A DNA stretch of 60,894 bases, counting the filler. It is 7 parts of 7 records of this genome, joined end to end, with 100 filler letters (N's around TTAATTAATTAA, not from the genome) between each part and the next. Parts side by side here need not be neighbours in the genome. Positions count along the whole stretch, not along the records: positions 56,040 to 60,894 come from SRR7504441_319; 6 more parts are not named here. The stretch is one strand, 5' to 3'. This document shows positions 56,040 to 60,894 of this stretch, one piece after another (the stretch's first letter is position 1; every line of letters begins with the position of its first letter). The notes under the pieces were generated by a model that worked only from the letters and a program-made list of their open reading frames with translations, made no database searches and was not told where the DNA came from. Both the position numbers and the translations under genes were made by a program.

Positions 56040-58169
56040 CTTGAGCTTCCCAACCTCGAATCGTGTTTCCTCCAAATGTCTCGCCGTTTCCAGCATGCTC
56101 CAATGGCTGTCGCGCTGCTGCTGGATTGCCTTCTTCTCGAGCTCCATGGCTGCTTCGATTTCGGCCCTTCGCTCATCTAGCATCTCCATGCCCTTGGTTG
56201 CATCCTGTCTTAGTCGCTCAGCATCTTCTCGGTCCCTCAGCAAAGCAAGCTGCGCCTCATCCACTACAGCATGCTGCTGCTCGATCTCTCGCGTCTGCGC
56301 ATCCAGGGCTTGTCTAGCAGCTTCAACATGATTCTTTTCCTGGTCCAGCTCTAGCTCCTTACGTTCCAGGGCTCTTTGCGCGCTCTCGACGGCCGACAAA
56401 TCGACATCATGTTGCCTCCTGAGCCTGTTGAGCTGCTTCTTTTGGCTCTCGGTTGTCGCCCTTGTCTCCTCTAGGAGGACCAGCTGCTCGTTCCTGAGTT
56501 TTTCTATTTCCTGGTTTGACTCGCGGCTATGCTGATCAAATGATGCTCTTTCTCTCTCCAAGGCCTCGCGGGCCTTCCACACCGCTCGCTGCTGGTCCTC
56601 GATGGCCTCCATCGCTTTCCGGGAAGCCGCTATTTGCTCAGTCTTGGTGGCCTCGGTCTCATTTGTAGCCTGTTGCTGTTGCTGTTCCAGTGCCATGGCA
56701 CGCCTAAGGGCCTCCATGGTTTCCTCGGCCAGCTTTAGCCGCTCAGCTTCCGCTCTCGCAGCTGCGGCTCGTGCCTGTTCTTGTAGCGCCTCGAAAGCAT
56801 CCTTTTCAGCCTCCAACTTCTGCGTTTCCAGCTTGTTTGTCTCCGCTAATCGTGCATATGTAGTTTGCAATCTCGCCTCCTCGCCGTGCTTTTCTTCAAT
56901 GAACGCTCTTCTATCTGCTTCGAGTTGCGCTTGTGCGTGAACGATCTGTAACCGTTCGCTCTCCGCACTCGCTTTCGACACTTGCTCCCTCTGTGCACAG
57001 TCAGCTATGGTCCCAACAGCCTGCTCCATCGCCTCCCGCCTCTCTTGTTCAAGTTCTCTCCTATCTTGGGCTAGTAAAGCTGTGGCCTTGTCAAGTTCCT
57101 GCCTTTGCTTTGCCTGAGCCTGCGCTTCCGCGTCTAGCCGTTTCCTCTCCGCCTGCACTCCGGCTTGTATTTTTTCTGCCTGGGCGAGCTCCTGATGTAG
57201 AGTCTCCCTTGCGGTAGTCAGACCGCGCGTGCATTCCTCCACTTCCAGCTCCTTGACCAACCTTTGCCATGCCAATGCAACCAGGGCCTGCTCAGCTTGC
57301 TTCCTCGCCGCCACAGCCGACTGCGCCTCCTTGGCAATCATAGCACGCTTACCCTCCAATTCTTCAGTTTGCTTCTTGACTCGCGCCCGTTGCTTCGCCA
57401 GCGCCCTCTTCTCCTGCTCCAGCTGGGCTCGCACAATAGACAGTGGGCAAGCCCCGGCGGCTCTGTCCACAACGGATAGGGGTTTGTCGGCCCGGTTCTG
57501 CATCTGCCCACTCTCGTCTCTCTGCAGATCGGCCAGCTGGAGCCGCTCGTCGGGCTCCCGCGCGTGTGGCCGATCGCCGACACTCTTGACATGCCGGCGG
57601 GCTGCGTTGTTGCGCCGCCAGGCCTGCACGCAGGCCAGGGAGCACTCACTACGGGTGGTGGCGGCACTGGCACGCAGACCTTGGAGCAGGACCAGTGAGG
57701 CCAGACCTTGGTGCCGGCTGCGGCTGGGGGAGGCATCAGCAGACTTGGTCCCAAGCCGATCCTGCGACTCGGAGGACTCGTCAATACACGATGTCGGAGA
57801 TTGCCTTGATGGGCGGGACTGCGGTGCACGCTCAGCGGTAGCAGCGGCAGCGTGAGCCTTACGTGCTTCTCCATGCAGGAGTGCCAGGTGTATGCGCCCC
57901 CCTTGCACCATCCCGGCCCTCCATTCTGAGCCCCGCTGATGCGCCGGGCTAGGCCCACGAGTACGCCCGCTGTCCTTTGTAGCACCCACAGCTGCACGCC
58001 CCGCCCGCACCCCCTCACTGCTGCTGCTGATCGGTGCGGCACCGGGACTCCGGCTCCGACTCCGGCTCCGGTTCTGGCTCCGACTCCGGCTCCGGCTCCG
58101 GTTCTGCCCAGCATAACTCCGGTGTAATCTGCCTCGCTCCCCCGGCGCCCGGCCCAGACTCCGTCGCAT
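56040..58169 (-). CDS. Long coiled-coil protein with N-terminal RS dipeptide repeat, 3'-truncated
   Basis: 725-aa ORF; QNRSRSRSRSQNRSRSRSRSP, then E/Q/A/R heptads. Confidence 0.75.
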
Positions 58170-58624
58170 GTTTGGCCAGGCCCTCTAACCCGTACCGGTA
58201 GGCCTGCTGCGTAGAGTCTCCAGAGATCTATGTTAGTCTATATTGTAGACAGCTCGACAGCTGACATAACATTACATGTAGACGTCTCCTTCATACTCGT
58301 GAGTATGTAACTACGAGTATGCATTACTATATTCAACCAGTGCACGTTAGCGCATGATTATATGCACAAGTATATGCATCAGTGATTGTGCAATGCACGT
58401 GCTCAAATCTAACGTTACCATACATTACTCACACCTTGACTCATACTTGTACATACTTACTGCCGGCGGGTCACGACTGAGTTTGTTTAGCATGTAATCG
58501 ATAATTAAGGATTGCACTCGACGCTGCAAATCGCTATCTTGGTCGTTCGTCTTCAGCTCACAATACACGGCGGTCAAAAAGTACAGTCTGGAGCCATTGA
58601 TAAAAGCCTTGATTGCACTTGCGT

Positions 58625-60026
58625 TCAAGGAGGCGGGAGCTTCCATCGCAGAGCATATGAGCCCTCAAGGACAAAGTTACATTCAAGCTTCTTTCCACCA
58701 AAGAACCGGCCGTTCATAGTCGACTGACAAGCCTTTGACGCCTTCTTGGAGTCAAACATAATGAAAACCTATAGCAATCACAGTGGGAGCGGCCCGGCGT
58801 GCAATCACCTGGCCGTCAGAATCCTTCTCCACAGCAATGTGTTCCACCTTGCCATACTTGCGGCACTCATGCTTGACATCCTCCTTGATTTCCTGCCCAC
58901 CCCACAGCTCAGCCACAGCGCAAGATGGCAGCTGACCAAGTCAAAGTTCGGATTGCGCTCAGTTGATGGGTCAAACATGTTGCGCATCAGCAGGCACTTG
59001 GTCGGCATCGGAGCCATCGACACACCTGAGGCCACAGGCTCAATAGCAGCACAACATGCCGTCACCAGGGTGTGGCCTCAAGTCTCTCGCTTCTCGCTGT
59101 GCGAGCTGTGGCACTGCCACCGAGCTGAGTTGGTGCGCAGCGTGATGGGGGCTAACCTAGAGTGCGCTGGACTTCAGCCATGTGGTCCTGGTCCCTGTTG
59201 AGTTTCGCCATCAGCATCGCACGCGAGGAGCAGGACAGATTGTACCCACCACCATCTCCCCAGCCATACTCATCCTCCTCCAGTCTGTCGCCCCGTCAAT
59301 TAGGCCCTTCCTCGACTCTAGATCGGCTCACTTTTCAGCCGTTTGGCTCCCATCATAGGCGCTGGTGTCTTGCCCCCCGGCAGTCTGGGGAGCGTTCGGG
59401 TTGAACTCGAGCAGCCGCTTCATCTGCTCCTGGGCAGCCGCGTTTGCCGCGCGCTCACTTGCAGCCTCCTGGTTGCGCTCAGCCTCTGAGAACTTGACAA
59501 TGATCGGCACCTGCCGGGGTCGGATCAGTTGAGGAGCCAGCTGAACCCACCCCGCGCATCACGGTGCCTGTGAGGGCCAGCGACTTGGGAACGCTCTCCG
59601 GGTTGTAAAACTCGACGTAGCCCATCCCCTTGGTCTTGCCCTTGATGTCTGTGATCATCCGCACGTCCCGCACACGGCCCACAGTCTCAAACAGATCAAA
59701 CACGTTCTCGTCGGTCGACTTGACACTCAGCTGGGTGACAAACACCGTACGCAGCTCGCGGTCATTGTCATCATCCAGCTGAGTCCTTTGAGCTTGGGTC
59801 AGCTGCGCCTCACGCTCCTCCCGGATTTTCATTCTGGTCACCGCCACAAGCTCAGCCAACCCCCAGCCCAACCGCCCCACCGCTTGCTCGACTTCATTTC
59901 CCTCTCCCCTTTCTGTCCACCACCCCTGCTGTCACGGCGGTCGCGCGATCGCGATCGCGATCGCGAGCGCGAGCGCCCACGGCCCCTGTCGTCGCGTCGC
60001 GGGCTGCGATCACGGCCCCAGCCCAT
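58625..60026 (-). CDS. RBM39: RBM39 (CAPER-alpha)-like splicing factor
   Basis: RS domain; RRM1 RTVFVTQLS...GRVRDVRMITD...KGMGYVEF...SEAERN; linker SSRAMLMAKL; UHM CLLMRNMFDP..E...EIKEDV..EC.KYG...MNGRFFGG; stop at 58625. The start may lie slightly upstream. Confidence 0.9.
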
Positions 60027-60299
60027 TCTGCCCTTCCTGCCCGCCACCCGTCAGGCCCTGATTCGCCCGGCGACATGCCTTTGCCGCGTACCAACGGATC
60101 GATGGGCAACTGGCCAAGTGCTGTCACGACTCAGAGGCAGTGGCCGTGCGCCGTGCAGTACGTACGGTGCTTCACTGCACCGTACTTGTCCACTCCAAAT
60201 GCTATCCAAATGCCTGATAGATTGCGGCGACCAATGATTATAATATTATTATAAGTTCAATTCTAATACCATCAAGCTTAAAGCTCTGACACAAGATCT

Positions 60300-60894
60300 A
60301 GAATTGATATCTAAAGCAGATAATCATGCTAAGTCAATATGCAATGCGGGCTCGATGAGCATGGGTGAGCTCATTGATAATGCAAGATTTGCGTGGTTCT
60401 CTTTCTTTTCGTGCTTCTTCTTTGCCTTTTTTCCTTCAAAAGCTCTCACTTCCTCGGTAGACTAGACTAATTCACATGGGATGTTGGGTACTCTTTCGAA
60501 CTCCATGGAACAGCTTCAGGAGGCACTTTGGACGAGCCTTGTCGTTCTTTTGCAGGGATGCGTCCCTCTTTTGCAAAAAGCTCGTGTCAGCGCTGTTCAA
60601 TTGGCGGCTCGCTTGAACCCCAAGCTTGGACCAATCGTGAACATCATCCTGCCTATTCTTGCAACTATGATCTTGACTGTGAGCCGCTCGACCCTCCGAA
60701 GCATCGTGAGTGGGTTACCCTCCCACAAATCCGGTGGGAAGGGGACATCATGTGCACTGCAAACGAGGAAGCAAATGGCAGAAATCAGAGTCATGGCAAG
60801 TTGCTTTAAGAGTTGAGGGTTCTCTGATAATTCTATGGCGCTTCGCTAGCTCCTCTCTCTCTTGTTCGACGAGGCCGCTCGTGACGATGACTCA
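60300..60894 (-). CDS. Possible 3' end of an uncharacterised gene
   Basis: Purine/Lys-rich open stretches and an intron-like ...TTTGCAG on the minus strand; no domain recognised. Confidence 0.25.

Noticed and set aside
58049-58106. Hexamer tandem repeat, and the self-complementary (CGATCG)n at ~59940-59970
   Set aside because: Both simply encode RS dipeptide repeats.
358-59900. Introner-like mobile introns
   Set aside because: Introns share size and composition, but I saw no repeated sequence family, terminal inverted repeats or target-site duplications; an all-versus-all alignment would settle it.
1-60894. rRNA, tRNA, transposase or viral genes
   Set aside because: None recognised by eye; a covariance-model search was not possible.

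Overview
Eukaryotic, not prokaryotic, DNA. Seven unrelated contigs (1-7495, 7596-12624, 12725-21713, 21814-47854, 47955-51515, 51616-55939, 56040-60894) are joined by artificial 100-nt N/TTAATTAATTAA linkers. The source is a gene-dense, GC-rich protist, probably a flagellate (centrin, multi-domain adenylate kinase); I cannot assign the lineage. About 30 genes are present. Most are broken by tiny (~35-50 nt) spliceosomal introns, so the ORF track fragments them and I reconstructed the splicing by hand. Housekeeping genes include RBMX2, RNASEH2C, a HECT ligase, cyclin B, SCYL1, COG5, centrin and RBM39. There is also a set of nearly intron-free secreted proteins (four glycoside-hydrolase-like, one Cys-rich PSI protein) and an intron-rich sulfatase. 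The most striking item is a single gene (22284-24409) that appears to fuse the two unrelated DOPA 4,5-dioxygenase families (fungal/bacterial DodA type and plant/bacterial LigB-type DODA), placed head-to-head with an amino-acid transporter. Other notable items: a membrane receptor with three mannose-6-phosphate-receptor-homology domains, a putatively acylated five-domain adenylate kinase with IQ motifs, a six-GAF protein with no recognisable output domain, frequent GC-AG introns, introns mostly without polypyrimidine tracts, recurrent ~40-140-bp bidirectional promoters, and a strong 5'-to-3' GC gradient. Family calls rest on recalled motifs; no database searches were run.
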